Shown here piece after piece: positions 20,722 to 28,985 of a DNA stretch of 64,000 nucleotides; position 1 is the first letter of the stretch, and each line of letters opens with the position of its first letter. The position numbers and the translations under genes were made by a program. Source of the DNA: Candidatus Latescibacterota bacterium (lineage in GTDB: Bacteria > Latescibacterota > UBA2968 > SICM01). A model generated the notes under the pieces. The model had not been told where the DNA came from, ran no database searches, and saw only the letters and a list, made by a program, of their open reading frames with translations. The stretch spans positions 5,536,001-5,600,000 of the forward strand of contig CBDCJO010000002.1 of the NCBI GenBank assembly GCA_965217865.1, given 5' to 3'.

Positions 20722-21693
20722 GTGGCCTATGATCTCCAGATCTTTTCGGGCAACATAAACCGGGCTCTTGCAGAGGAGATTTGCACGGTTCTGGAAGTCC
20801 AGATGGGAGAAGCCCTTGTCACCAGTTTTCCGGGCGGAGAGACACGGGTTCAGATCCAGGAAAATGTCCGTGGGAAGGATGTCTTTGTCATCCAGACGAT
20901 CAGCGCCGGGGGGGATGACCTCTCGCCCAACGACGCCCTTATGGAGCTCCTGATTCTGATCGACGCGGCAAGGCGGGCTTCTGCACGTCGAATCACGGCG
21001 GTGCTGCCGTACTACGGCTATGCCAGGCAGGACCGGAAGGCCAGTCCCAGGGTCCCCATCACCGCAAAACTGGTCAGCAACCTCCTTGTGACCGCAGGGG
21101 CTCGGCGCGTCCTTACCCTCGACCTTCACGCGAATCAGATCCAGAGCTTCTTCGACATACCAGTAGACCACCTTTATGCCATCAACGTTTTCGGAGAGTA
21201 CCTGAAAAAGAAAGATGTTAGCAACCTGGTCGTCGTTTCCCCGGACATCGGGCGCACCAAAATGGCCCGGGCTTATTCGGAGCTCCTTCATTCCCCTCTT
21301 GCGGTCGTGGACAAGCGGCGATCCAGCGACCGGGAGACCGAGATCATGAACGTAATCGGCGAGGTGGAGGGGAAAAACGTGGTCATTCTTGACGACCTGA
21401 TCTCCACAGGGGGGTCTATTACACAAGCGGCTGCAACTCTGAAAGAAAAGGGGGCACTCGACATTTGCTCGGCCATCGTTCACCCGGTCCTGGCAGACCC
21501 TGCGGTCGAGCGATTGGAGAAATCGGTAATCTCTGAGCTCGTCGTCTCGAACTCGATTCCAATCCCTGAAAAGGCAAAAAACGGCAAAATAACGGTCCTT
21601 TCAGTGGCGCCTATCCTGGCAGAGGCCATTCGCCGGATCCATAATGACGAATCGGTCAGCACCCTGTTCGCAAACGCCGAGGTTGAGGGATAA
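20722..21693 (+). CDS. prs: Ribose-phosphate pyrophosphokinase
   Basis: YYGYARQDRK, DLHANQIQ, VVSPD and ILDDLISTGGS motifs; AAGGAGG Shine-Dalgarno before GTG. Confidence 0.97.
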   Translation: MAYDLQIFSGNINRALAEEICTVLEVQMGEALVTSFPGGETRVQIQENVRGKDVFVIQTISAGGDDLSPNDALMELLILIDAARRASARRITAVLPYYGYARQDRKASPRVPITAKLVSNLLVTAGARRVLTLDLHANQIQSFFDIPVDHLYAINVFGEYLKKKDVSNLVVVSPDIGRTKMARAYSELLHSPLAVVDKRRSSDRETEIMNVIGEVEGKNVVILDDLISTGGSITQAAATLKEKGALDICSAIVHPVLADPAVERLEKSVISELVVSNSIPIPEKAKNGKITVLSVAPILAEAIRRIHNDESVSTLFANAEVEG

Positions 21694-21700
21694 TTCCGCG

Positions 21701-21780
21701 AAATAAAACGGCCGGCCCGCTTGGAGCAGGACCGGCCTGGAGGACGACGCGCATGCCGGCAACGTCGCCTTCATAAAATC
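21701..21780 (-). ncRNA. Candidate ~80-nt small RNA; its last hairpin may also terminate prs
   Basis: TTGATC-N17-TAAACT at 21815-21787, hairpin GAAGGCGACG..CGTCGTCCTCC, then hairpin GGCCGGTCCTGCT..AGCGGGCCGGCC and TTTTATTT. Confidence 0.35.
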
Positions 21781-21828
21781 GGTTTAAGTTTATTACTATC
21801 AGTTTCTTAGATCAATACCTCTTTGGAT

Positions 21829-21960
21829 AAAAAAAGCGCCTAACCTACCAGGCGCCGAGTTTTCTATTGTCGAAGCTCCACTTTCCATATAGGGAAGTGG
21901 AGACTTCCTGTTGGGCCACCCTACGCAGGTTCAAGGCACTTTTCGGAGAAAAGTCCTCCT
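21829..21960 (-). ncRNA. Candidate ~130-nt structured small RNA
   Basis: TTGACT-N16-TATATT at 21994-21967; three hairpins, then terminator GGCGCCTGGTAGGTTAGGCGC-T7; no plausible ORF. Confidence 0.55.
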
Positions 21961-22099
21961 GAGTCAAATATATGGTTTGGGGTGGAAAAGTCAAGGGCAA
22001 AACTCGCCCGGAAGATCCAGGGGGATGGGGCTTCACCCATTCTCACTTCAGCCTCCTCCATCCATGCCCTGACTCCTGTGAACGGACCCCTGATCTTCA

Positions 22100-22501
22100 T
22101 CACGTGTACCCCTCCCGTTTCAGTCGTATGATTTCCCGTCGCTCTTTCTTCGTCATAGGACGGCCGCGTTGAATGGCCTGAGGCTGCAGACTCGATTGTT
22201 CCTTGATCTGCTCTCGCCGTTTCAGGCTCTCTTGGGTTTCCTCGTATAACAGTGTGGCCTGTGCCGCCGGACCCCGTCTTGATGACAGTCCTCGAACCAC
22301 CACCGTATATTCATAGATCCCCAGTCGAATCCGGATTTCATCCCCGATATTTACCTGTTTTCCGGGCTTTGCCCGGTTCTCGTTCAGGCGGATCTTTCCT
22401 CCTGCAATCGCCTCCGCCGACAGAGACCGAGTCTTGAAAAACCGGGCGGCCCACAGCCACTTATCCAGGCGGGTCTTGTTGTCTTCCTGATCTTTCTTCA
22501 T
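22100..22501 (-). CDS. hslR: Ribosome-associated heat shock protein Hsp15 (S4 domain)
   Basis: RLDKWLWAARFFKTRSL, RRGPA..A..LYEET and GRP.TKKERR motifs. Confidence 0.93.
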   Translation of the reverse strand: MKKDQEDNKTRLDKWLWAARFFKTRSLSAEAIAGGKIRLNENRAKPGKQVNIGDEIRIRLGIYEYTVVVRGLSSRRGPAAQATLLYEETQESLKRREQIKEQSSLQPQAIQRGRPMTKKERREIIRLKREGYT

Positions 22502-22560
22502 GCGCTTTTCGATTTCAAACTGGCGTCAGTTGTCGGCTGTCTGGGTAATTCCCACTTCCT

Positions 22561-23730
22561 TTATCGTTCATCTTTCATTCTTTCGGTCAGCCGCCGGTGT
22601 GCGCTTGAGAAGGCATAATCCCCCAGCGCTTCGGGTTCGATCCAGGCCACCTCCGCACAATTGAGCGGGCGGATCGGGCCGGATTGGAACTTACAGCTGA
22701 ATGGATGGATGGTCAGGCGAAAATGGGTAAATCCGTGATTTATGGACCGCAGGCGTCTCAAGGTCAGGACCTTTGCCCCCACCTCCTCCCTGACACCCCG
22801 GACACAGGCGTCGGCCAGTGTCTCCCCCTTTTCCCGGCGTCCCCCAGGGAGCTCCCAGAGCCCCCCCAGGAGCCCCTCCTCTTGTCTTCTGGCGATCAGA
22901 AATCGCCCATCCTTCCGACGGACCATTCCGACGGCCTCTTCATAGTGGGGACGAGCCCTTTTCCGACTTTTTAAGGGTATCCGTTCCTGAGTCCCCGCAG
23001 CCCGGGCTGAGCAGATCCGGCTCAACGGACAGACCCCACAGGATGGCGCTTTTGGCTTACAAACAAGAGCCCCGAGCTCCATCGCGGCCTGGTTGAAATC
23101 CCTTGCGCGCCCGCGAGGAAGAAGCGATTGAGCAAGATCTGAAATCCGGGTTTTCACCCTGGGCTGGGACACATCGTCTTCGACCCCGAAGACCCGGCAA
23201 AGGACCCTGGTGACGTTTCCGTCAACAGACGCCCAATTCTGATTGAAGGCGATGCTCAGGACCGCCGAAGTCGTGTAGGTGCCAAACCCGGGAAGCCTTG
23301 CCATCGATTCACGACCTTTTGGAATCAACCCGCTAAACTCCGATACGATCGCCTTTGCAGCCTTGTGCAGATTCCGGGCCCTGGCATAATAACCCAGGCC
23401 TTCCCATACCTTCAGAACATCCTGTAACGGAGCCCGTGCAAGGACACCGATGTCAGGAAACGCCTCTAAAAACCTCCGGTAATATGGGATAACCGTATCC
23501 ACCTGGGTCTGCTGGAGCATGAACTCCGAAACCACCACCCTGTAAGGGTTCGGGGAACTCCGCCAGGGCAAGTCCCGGCGATTGCGTTTATACCAGCGCA
23601 GAAGGGGGCCGGGAAAGCGTTTTTTTGAATCGATTACGGGCAATGGGTCTCTATGAAAGCAGGTATCGGGGGAGGTTGAAATGAAAAGGTGCAGTGGCAG
23701 GTGGCAGGTGGCAGGTGCAGGAAAAAACAC
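22561..23730 (-). CDS. mutY: A/G-specific adenine glycosylase with C-terminal Nudix-like domain
   Basis: RRDLPWR, SEFMLQQT, WEGLGYYARARNL, VDGNV and Fe-S Cx6Cx2Cx5C; true start probably ~23640. Confidence 0.95.
   Translation of the reverse strand: MFFPAPATCHLPLHLFISTSPDTCFHRDPLPVIDSKKRFPGPLLRWYKRNRRDLPWRSSPNPYRVVVSEFMLQQTQVDTVIPYYRRFLEAFPDIGVLARAPLQDVLKVWEGLGYYARARNLHKAAKAIVSEFSGLIPKGRESMARLPGFGTYTTSAVLSIAFNQNWASVDGNVTRVLCRVFGVEDDVSQPRVKTRISDLAQSLLPRGRARDFNQAAMELGALVCKPKAPSCGVCPLSRICSARAAGTQERIPLKSRKRARPHYEEAVGMVRRKDGRFLIARRQEEGLLGGLWELPGGRREKGETLADACVRGVREEVGAKVLTLRRLRSINHGFTHFRLTIHPFSCKFQSGPIRPLNCAEVAWIEPEALGDYAFSSAHRRLTERMKDER
23694..23720. repeat. Heptamer tandem (GTGGCAG)x3
   Basis: GTGGCAG GTGGCAG GTGGCAG GTGCAG. 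Confidence 0.8.
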
Positions 23731-23763
23731 AATTAATAGAGATCAAAAAGCTATCTGCTCCTG

Positions 23764-25836
23764 CTACGCTTCCAACAACGTCTCCAGCTCACCCGCCTCG
23801 GTAACAGGCGCTGAACAGGTGAAATTTTTGCAGACATATGCAGTTGCCCGACCGTCTTTCTGGGTCTTCCCTTCCAGAAGCGGGATGACCTTCGTAACCT
23901 CCTGGGAATCAGCAGGATCACGCAGACATATGACCTTATTGGGAAGGAGACGTCCGTGAACGCTTGAGAGCAGTTCCTTCGTATCCTCCTGATCCCTCCC
24001 CCCCACGATTGCGATCTCCTTCGGCCGCTGGATATAGAGATCGAGAGCACATAACATGTGTGAAAATCCCCCGGGAGCTCCCTCCATGAAATCCCGAAAG
24101 AGATTCAGGACCCTTTCCCCCTTCTTCCAGAGATCCTGGCGTCCCGTCAGAGCCCCCAGCCGCAGGAGCGCGTGCGTGGCCACTGAGTTTCCGGATGGGG
24201 TTGCGTTGTCGTAGGGATTTTTTGACCGGACAAGAAGCGCCTTGTGGTCGTGGCTCGTGAAGAAGAACCCTCCCCCGGGCTCATCCCAGAATTGCTCAAG
24301 CATGACATCATTCAGTTTTTGGGCTTCCTGGAGCCACTTCACCTCGAAGGTGGCCTCGTAAAGGTCGATCAGGCCGCAGATTAAAAACGCGTAGTCCTCC
24401 AGATAACCGTTGAACCGGGCCCGTCCGTCCTTATACGTATGACGGAGCCTTCCATCCTTCATAAGTTTGCTGAGGAGAAACGCCGCAGTCCGTTCTGCCA
24501 CAGTCTGATATCGATTATCGGCCAGAACACCTGAAGCCCTTGCAAGGCTGCTGATCATCAGGCCGTTCCACGAGGTTTGAATCTTATCGTCCAGGCCGGG
24601 CTTCACTCGATTCTCCCGATCCTCAAACAGTTTTCCACGCCCTTCTCGGATGATCTCCTCAAGGGACACCGCCTCCATCTTTAAAAGTCGCGCGATATTT
24701 TCAACGGGCTCTGGGGCATTAAGGATGCTCTTGCTGTCCTCGAAATTTCCGTGGGGAGTGACCTCAAAATACCGGCAGAAGGCGGCCCCTTTCGACTCAC
24801 CCAGAACAGATTCGACCTCATCCGGAGTCCACACGAAGAACCTACCCTCCTCCCCCTCGCTGTCCGCATCCTGAGTGGAGAAAAACCCGCCTTCGGGATG
24901 GGTCATCTCCCGGATCACATATTCCAGCGATTCCTCTACCACCCGCCGGAAGAAGGATTCTCCCGTGGCCTGGTAGACCTCAAGGTATAACTGGGTGAGC
25001 AGGGCGTTATCATACAGCATCTTCTCGAAGTGCGGGACCAGCCACCGAGCATCCACGGAGTAGCGGTGAAATCCACCGCCAAGCTGGTCATAAATCCCCC
25101 CATTGCCCATCTTTCTACAAGAATGGGTCACCATATCCAGTGAATTGGAGACCCCGGTCCGTCGATAATACCGGAGGAAGAAAGCCAGGTTCATACTCCC
25201 CGGAAACTTGGGCGCGGAACCGAACCCCCCGTGCGTGTGGTCAAACTGGCCAGCCAGAGTCCGATATGCCGAGTCGAGCAGTTCGGGACTCAGAACCCCT
25301 CCTTCACGGGAATGTACGGAGGCGGCCTGTTCCAGGTACTCCCGAAGTTTCCTCGACCGATCCTGGACCTCCCCCTTTCTGGAATGATAAAATTGAGAGA
25401 CGGATAGCAGAATATTCCGAAATCCGGGCCTTCCATAACCGTCTTCCGGGGGAAAATAGGTCCCTCCGTAGAACGGTTCCAGATCAGGCGTCAGGAAGAC
25501 TGACATAGGCCATCCCCCGCTTCCTGTCATCGCCTGCACCGCGTGCATATAGATCTCGTCAACGTCGGGCCGCTCCTCCCGATCCACCTTGATGTTCACG
25601 AAATGTTCATTCATCGAGGCAGCGATCGCCTCCTGTTCAAAGGATTCGTGCTCCATTACGTGACACCAGTGGCAGGCCGAGTACCCGACGCTCAAGAAGA
25701 TCGGCTTGTCCTCCTCCCGGGATCGCTGAAACGCATCCTCCCCCCACGGATACCAGTCTACCGGGTTATGGGCGTGCTGAAGAAGGTAGGGGCTTGTTTC
25801 GTCGATGAGACGGTTTGTATGCTTGTGGTCTGACAT
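23764..25836 (-). CDS. YyaL/SSP411 thioredoxin-domain protein
   Basis: [37 protein letters not shown] and [11 protein letters not shown] motifs. Confidence 0.95.
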   Translation of the reverse strand: MSDHKHTNRLIDETSPYLLQHAHNPVDWYPWGEDAFQRSREEDKPIFLSVGYSACHWCHVMEHESFEQEAIAASMNEHFVNIKVDREERPDVDEIYMHAVQAMTGSGGWPMSVFLTPDLEPFYGGTYFPPEDGYGRPGFRNILLSVSQFYHSRKGEVQDRSRKLREYLEQAASVHSREGGVLSPELLDSAYRTLAGQFDHTHGGFGSAPKFPGSMNLAFFLRYYRRTGVSNSLDMVTHSCRKMGNGGIYDQLGGGFHRYSVDARWLVPHFEKMLYDNALLTQLYLEVYQATGESFFRRVVEESLEYVIREMTHPEGGFFSTQDADSEGEEGRFFVWTPDEVESVLGESKGAAFCRYFEVTPHGNFEDSKSILNAPEPVENIARLLKMEAVSLEEIIREGRGKLFEDRENRVKPGLDDKIQTSWNGLMISSLARASGVLADNRYQTVAERTAAFLLSKLMKDGRLRHTYKDGRARFNGYLEDYAFLICGLIDLYEATFEVKWLQEAQKLNDVMLEQFWDEPGGGFFFTSHDHKALLVRSKNPYDNATPSGNSVATHALLRLGALTGRQDLWKKGERVLNLFRDFMEGAPGGFSHMLCALDLYIQRPKEIAIVGGRDQEDTKELLSSVHGRLLPNKVICLRDPADSQEVTKVIPLLEGKTQKDGRATAYVCKNFTCSAPVTEAGELETLLEA

Positions 25837-25947
25837 GGTGTGTTCTCCCTTTATGAGAACTGGGAAACCTCAAACGGCATGCGTTAAATGAACAATGCTT
25901 TAGGAAATCGATATCTCGCGCTTAAGAATTTCCCAAATCTCAAGGCC

Positions 25948-26673
25948 TTATGATTGTGTTTTGCAGTTTGCAATTTTCATATTTTTATTATTCTTCCCCC
26001 CTTTCACCGCTTTAACAATCATATGGCTTTTCGATGTTATCGTCCGTCCTCCCTCATCGAAATAACGCATCAGACCCGTCCATCGGCCGTCTTTCTCCCA
26101 CTTTGGCCGAAGTGGACTCTTTGAAAAACAGGTCTCTAACTCCGAAATCGTTGAGAACTGAAGGACCTCTCGATCGATACTCAGGTGCTCGAGGGTAAAT
26201 CCCGTCTTCTTTAAAACCTCACGCATCCGCTCCTGGGAATAAGCAAACCGAGATGCGCGTCCGGTTTCCTGCCACTGAGCTTCCTCCAGGCAGCAGAAGA
26301 TCACGTTGCCTCCGGGATCCAACGCCTCCCACGATCGAATGATCATCGAGTCCGACATACAGAGATTTGCGATCACGGCGTCGATCCGGGACGGGGAAAC
26401 CAGGCTTCGATAATCGGTTATCTCTCCGTCGGCAACACGAAAGGTGACGTTGTCCAAACACCGGTCTTCCACGATTCTGCTTGCCTGTTTGATCCGTTCC
26501 TCGGCCACATCGATGCCCACGATCTTTCCGGCAATCTCAGCGGCCTCAACTGTCAGCGTACCCTCTCCGCATCCCACATCGATAAACAGACGGTTCTTCG
26601 ATCCCGCTTCTCGAATAAGAGATAACAATTTGGGATTCAAAAGGTTGTGGCAGTCGCTGAGATCGCCGGCCAT
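25948..26673 (-). CDS. Class I SAM-dependent methyltransferase
   Basis: IDVGCGEG motif I; GIDVA; LDPGG. Confidence 0.85.
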   Translation of the reverse strand: MAGDLSDCHNLLNPKLLSLIREAGSKNRLFIDVGCGEGTLTVEAAEIAGKIVGIDVAEERIKQASRIVEDRCLDNVTFRVADGEITDYRSLVSPSRIDAVIANLCMSDSMIIRSWEALDPGGNVIFCCLEEAQWQETGRASRFAYSQERMREVLKKTGFTLEHLSIDREVLQFSTISELETCFSKSPLRPKWEKDGRWTGLMRYFDEGGRTITSKSHMIVKAVKGGKNNKNMKIANCKTQS

Positions 26674-26847
26674 ATCCTACCGATGATGAAACGTTCGGAT
26701 CGTGACTTCAGGTGATGAGAATATAGAACAGCGTTCATTCCCGAACAACAAAAAAGCCGATGGGCATCACGGTGAGGAAAAAAATCTGGCTTCCAGGTGT
26801 CATCTTTTTTATCCTCGGTAGGTCCTTGTCCTATCGTCTATAATGAT

Positions 26848-26876
26848 TTGACAAGGTGCCTCATGTTTCGTAAATT
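26848..26876 (+). promoter_or_regulatory. Sigma70 promoter of the formate dehydrogenase operon
   Basis: TTGACA-N17-TAAATT. Confidence 0.7.
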
Positions 26877-26922
26877 GACACAGTTAACGGTTTTTCTCCT
26901 TCCAATTTTTTCCTGCGAACTT

Positions 26923-27369
26923 ATGCCTTCGATAGAAGATATCCTGAAAAATCACGCCTCCAGTCGTGGAACCTTGATCGTGGCGCTCCAGGAGATCCAG
27001 AATTCCCACGGACATATTCCACGGGAAAGAATACCGGAGATCGCAAGCGCTTTCGGTTTAACCGACTCTGAGGTTTTCGGGGTCATCAGTTTCTATACGG
27101 ACCTTCGCTTGGAGAAAAGCGGAGAAACCACAATCCGAATCTGCTGTGGAGACTCCTGTGCAGCGACGGACGGATACAGCATCCTCGGGTCAATCTGCAA
27201 TCATCTTGGGATCTCGAATGACGAAACAACAAAAGACGGAAAAGCGACCCTTCGCATCGCCTACTGCCTGGGTAACTGTGCCCTCTCTCCGTCAATGATG
27301 ATCGGAGAGCGAGTTTATGGACGGCTCAACCCGAAAAAGGCAATTGAGATCGTGAAACATCAAACGTGA
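26923..27369 (+). CDS. fdsG: NAD-dependent formate dehydrogenase gamma subunit (NuoE-like)
   Basis: Probable ATG at 26923; GVISFY, CCGDSC and CLGNCALSP [2Fe-2S] motifs. Confidence 0.85.
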   Translation: MPSIEDILKNHASSRGTLIVALQEIQNSHGHIPRERIPEIASAFGLTDSEVFGVISFYTDLRLEKSGETTIRICCGDSCAATDGYSILGSICNHLGISNDETTKDGKATLRIAYCLGNCALSPSMMIGERVYGRLNPKKAIEIVKHQT

Positions 27370-27379
27370 GATGTCAAAC
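27352..27379. repeat. Heptamer tandem overlapping the fdsG stop
   Basis: GTGAAAC ATCAAAC GTGAGAT GTCAAAC. Confidence 0.7.
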
Positions 27380-27396
27380 AAACCCTTAATTTCGCG

Positions 27397-28950
27397 ATGA
27401 ACATCTTCATATCAACAGATTCATCCAGCGTCGCGGCCGGTTCCCTAGAGGTCCGGGAGGCCCTCCAAACCGAGATCGATCGCCGGGGACTGGACGATTC
27501 GATCATCTCCACGGGAAGCCGGGGAGGTTATTTCCTCGAGCCCATGATCGAACTCGATACGCCACTCGGGCGGCTTGCCTATGTCAATCTAAATGCCGAA
27601 GATGTTCCAGGGCTTGTTGGTCGGGGATTGCTGGAGGGAAAAGATATCGATCCTTTCTACAGGGGTCCGGTGGATAAGATCCCGTTTTTCGAGAGACAAA
27701 CCCGCATCACCTTCGATCGTTGTGGCATTGTCGATCCCTCCTCCCTCGACTCGTGTGTGGAAGCCGGGGCGTATAAGCCGCTGCAAAAAGTCCTGTTTGA
27801 GCTTAAACCGCAACAGGTCATCGATGAAGTAAAGGAGTCAGGCCTGCGCGGCCGGGGAGGTGCGGCATTCCCCACGGGTATAAAATGGCAGACAGCCAAG
27901 GACTTCCCCGCCGATGAAAAATTCATTTTGGCGAACGGAGACGAAGGCGATCCCGGTACATATGCCGACAGGATGATCATGGAAGGAGACCCGCACGCCC
28001 TGATCGAAGGTATGGTCATCGCGGCTTATGCAGTAGGGGCTTCTTCCGGTTATATTTACATAAGGGCGGAGTACCCGGAAGCGATCCGCAGGATGCAGTC
28101 CGCCATGGATCAAGCCAAGGCTTCGGGCTTTCTCGGACCCGATATTCTGGGGAGCGGGTTCGATTACGACATGGAGATCCGGATCGGAGCGGGCGCCTAC
28201 ATCTGCGGCGAGGAGACTGCCATGATCGAAAGTCTCGAGGGAAAACGCGGGATGGTCAGGACCAAGCCCCCCTTCCCGGCCGAGAAAGGCCTGTTCGGTA
28301 AACCCACGATCGTCAACAACGTCGTTACGCTTTCAACGATCCCCCCAATCCTGGACCAAGGGGGGAAGTGGTATTCTTCATTCGGAGTAGGCCGCAGCAA
28401 AGGCACCATCCCGTTACAGCTCGCAGGAAGCCTCCGGACACCCGGTCTAGTGGAAATCCCTTTCGGGTCGACCGTCGGGGATCTCCTGGAGTCTTTCGGG
28501 GGTGGCATGCCCGAAGGCCGAACGTTTAAGGCGTTTCAGGCGGGAGGGCCCCTGGGCGCTATCTTCCCGCCTTCCCTCCGCGACACCATAATCGACTTCG
28601 AGGCATTCTCGGAAGCCGGCGGCCTGATCGGCCACGGGGGCATCGTTGTATTCGACGAGCGGACCGACATGGCCAAAATCGCACACCATTTCGCCCGTTT
28701 CTTCGTCCACGAGTCCTGCGGCGTTTGCACCCCGTGCCGGATCGGAACGAAAAGGGCGGAGGAAATCCTGGAACGCGTCGTCGACGGTGCCTCGGACCGT
28801 TCCGAGCTGGATCTCCTTGAGGACCTGGCCGGTACAATGGCACCGGCAAGCCTCTGCGCTCTGGGACAGATGGCGACAAATCCGATCACCAGCGCCATGA
28901 ACAGTTTCCCTGAAGAGTTCACGAATCGAATAAAACCTGCGACACGTTAA
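27397..28950 (+). CDS. fdsB: Formate dehydrogenase beta subunit (NuoF-like, FMN/NAD)
   Basis: GLRGRGGAAFPTGIKW, DEGDPG, GAGAYICGEETA and ESCGVCTPCRIG motifs. Confidence 0.9.
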   Translation: MNIFISTDSSSVAAGSLEVREALQTEIDRRGLDDSIISTGSRGGYFLEPMIELDTPLGRLAYVNLNAEDVPGLVGRGLLEGKDIDPFYRGPVDKIPFFERQTRITFDRCGIVDPSSLDSCVEAGAYKPLQKVLFELKPQQVIDEVKESGLRGRGGAAFPTGIKWQTAKDFPADEKFILANGDEGDPGTYADRMIMEGDPHALIEGMVIAAYAVGASSGYIYIRAEYPEAIRRMQSAMDQAKASGFLGPDILGSGFDYDMEIRIGAGAYICGEETAMIESLEGKRGMVRTKPPFPAEKGLFGKPTIVNNVVTLSTIPPILDQGGKWYSSFGVGRSKGTIPLQLAGSLRTPGLVEIPFGSTVGDLLESFGGGMPEGRTFKAFQAGGPLGAIFPPSLRDTIIDFEAFSEAGGLIGHGGIVVFDERTDMAKIAHHFARFFVHESCGVCTPCRIGTKRAEEILERVVDGASDRSELDLLEDLAGTMAPASLCALGQMATNPITSAMNSFPEEFTNRIKPATR

Positions 28951-28985
28951 CCTTATAAATAATCCTTCCTGAAAAGGAGAGGAAA

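Noticed and set aside
26830-26850. ModE-like half site (ATCGTCTATA) upstream of fdsG
   Set aside because: The second half of the palindrome is missing
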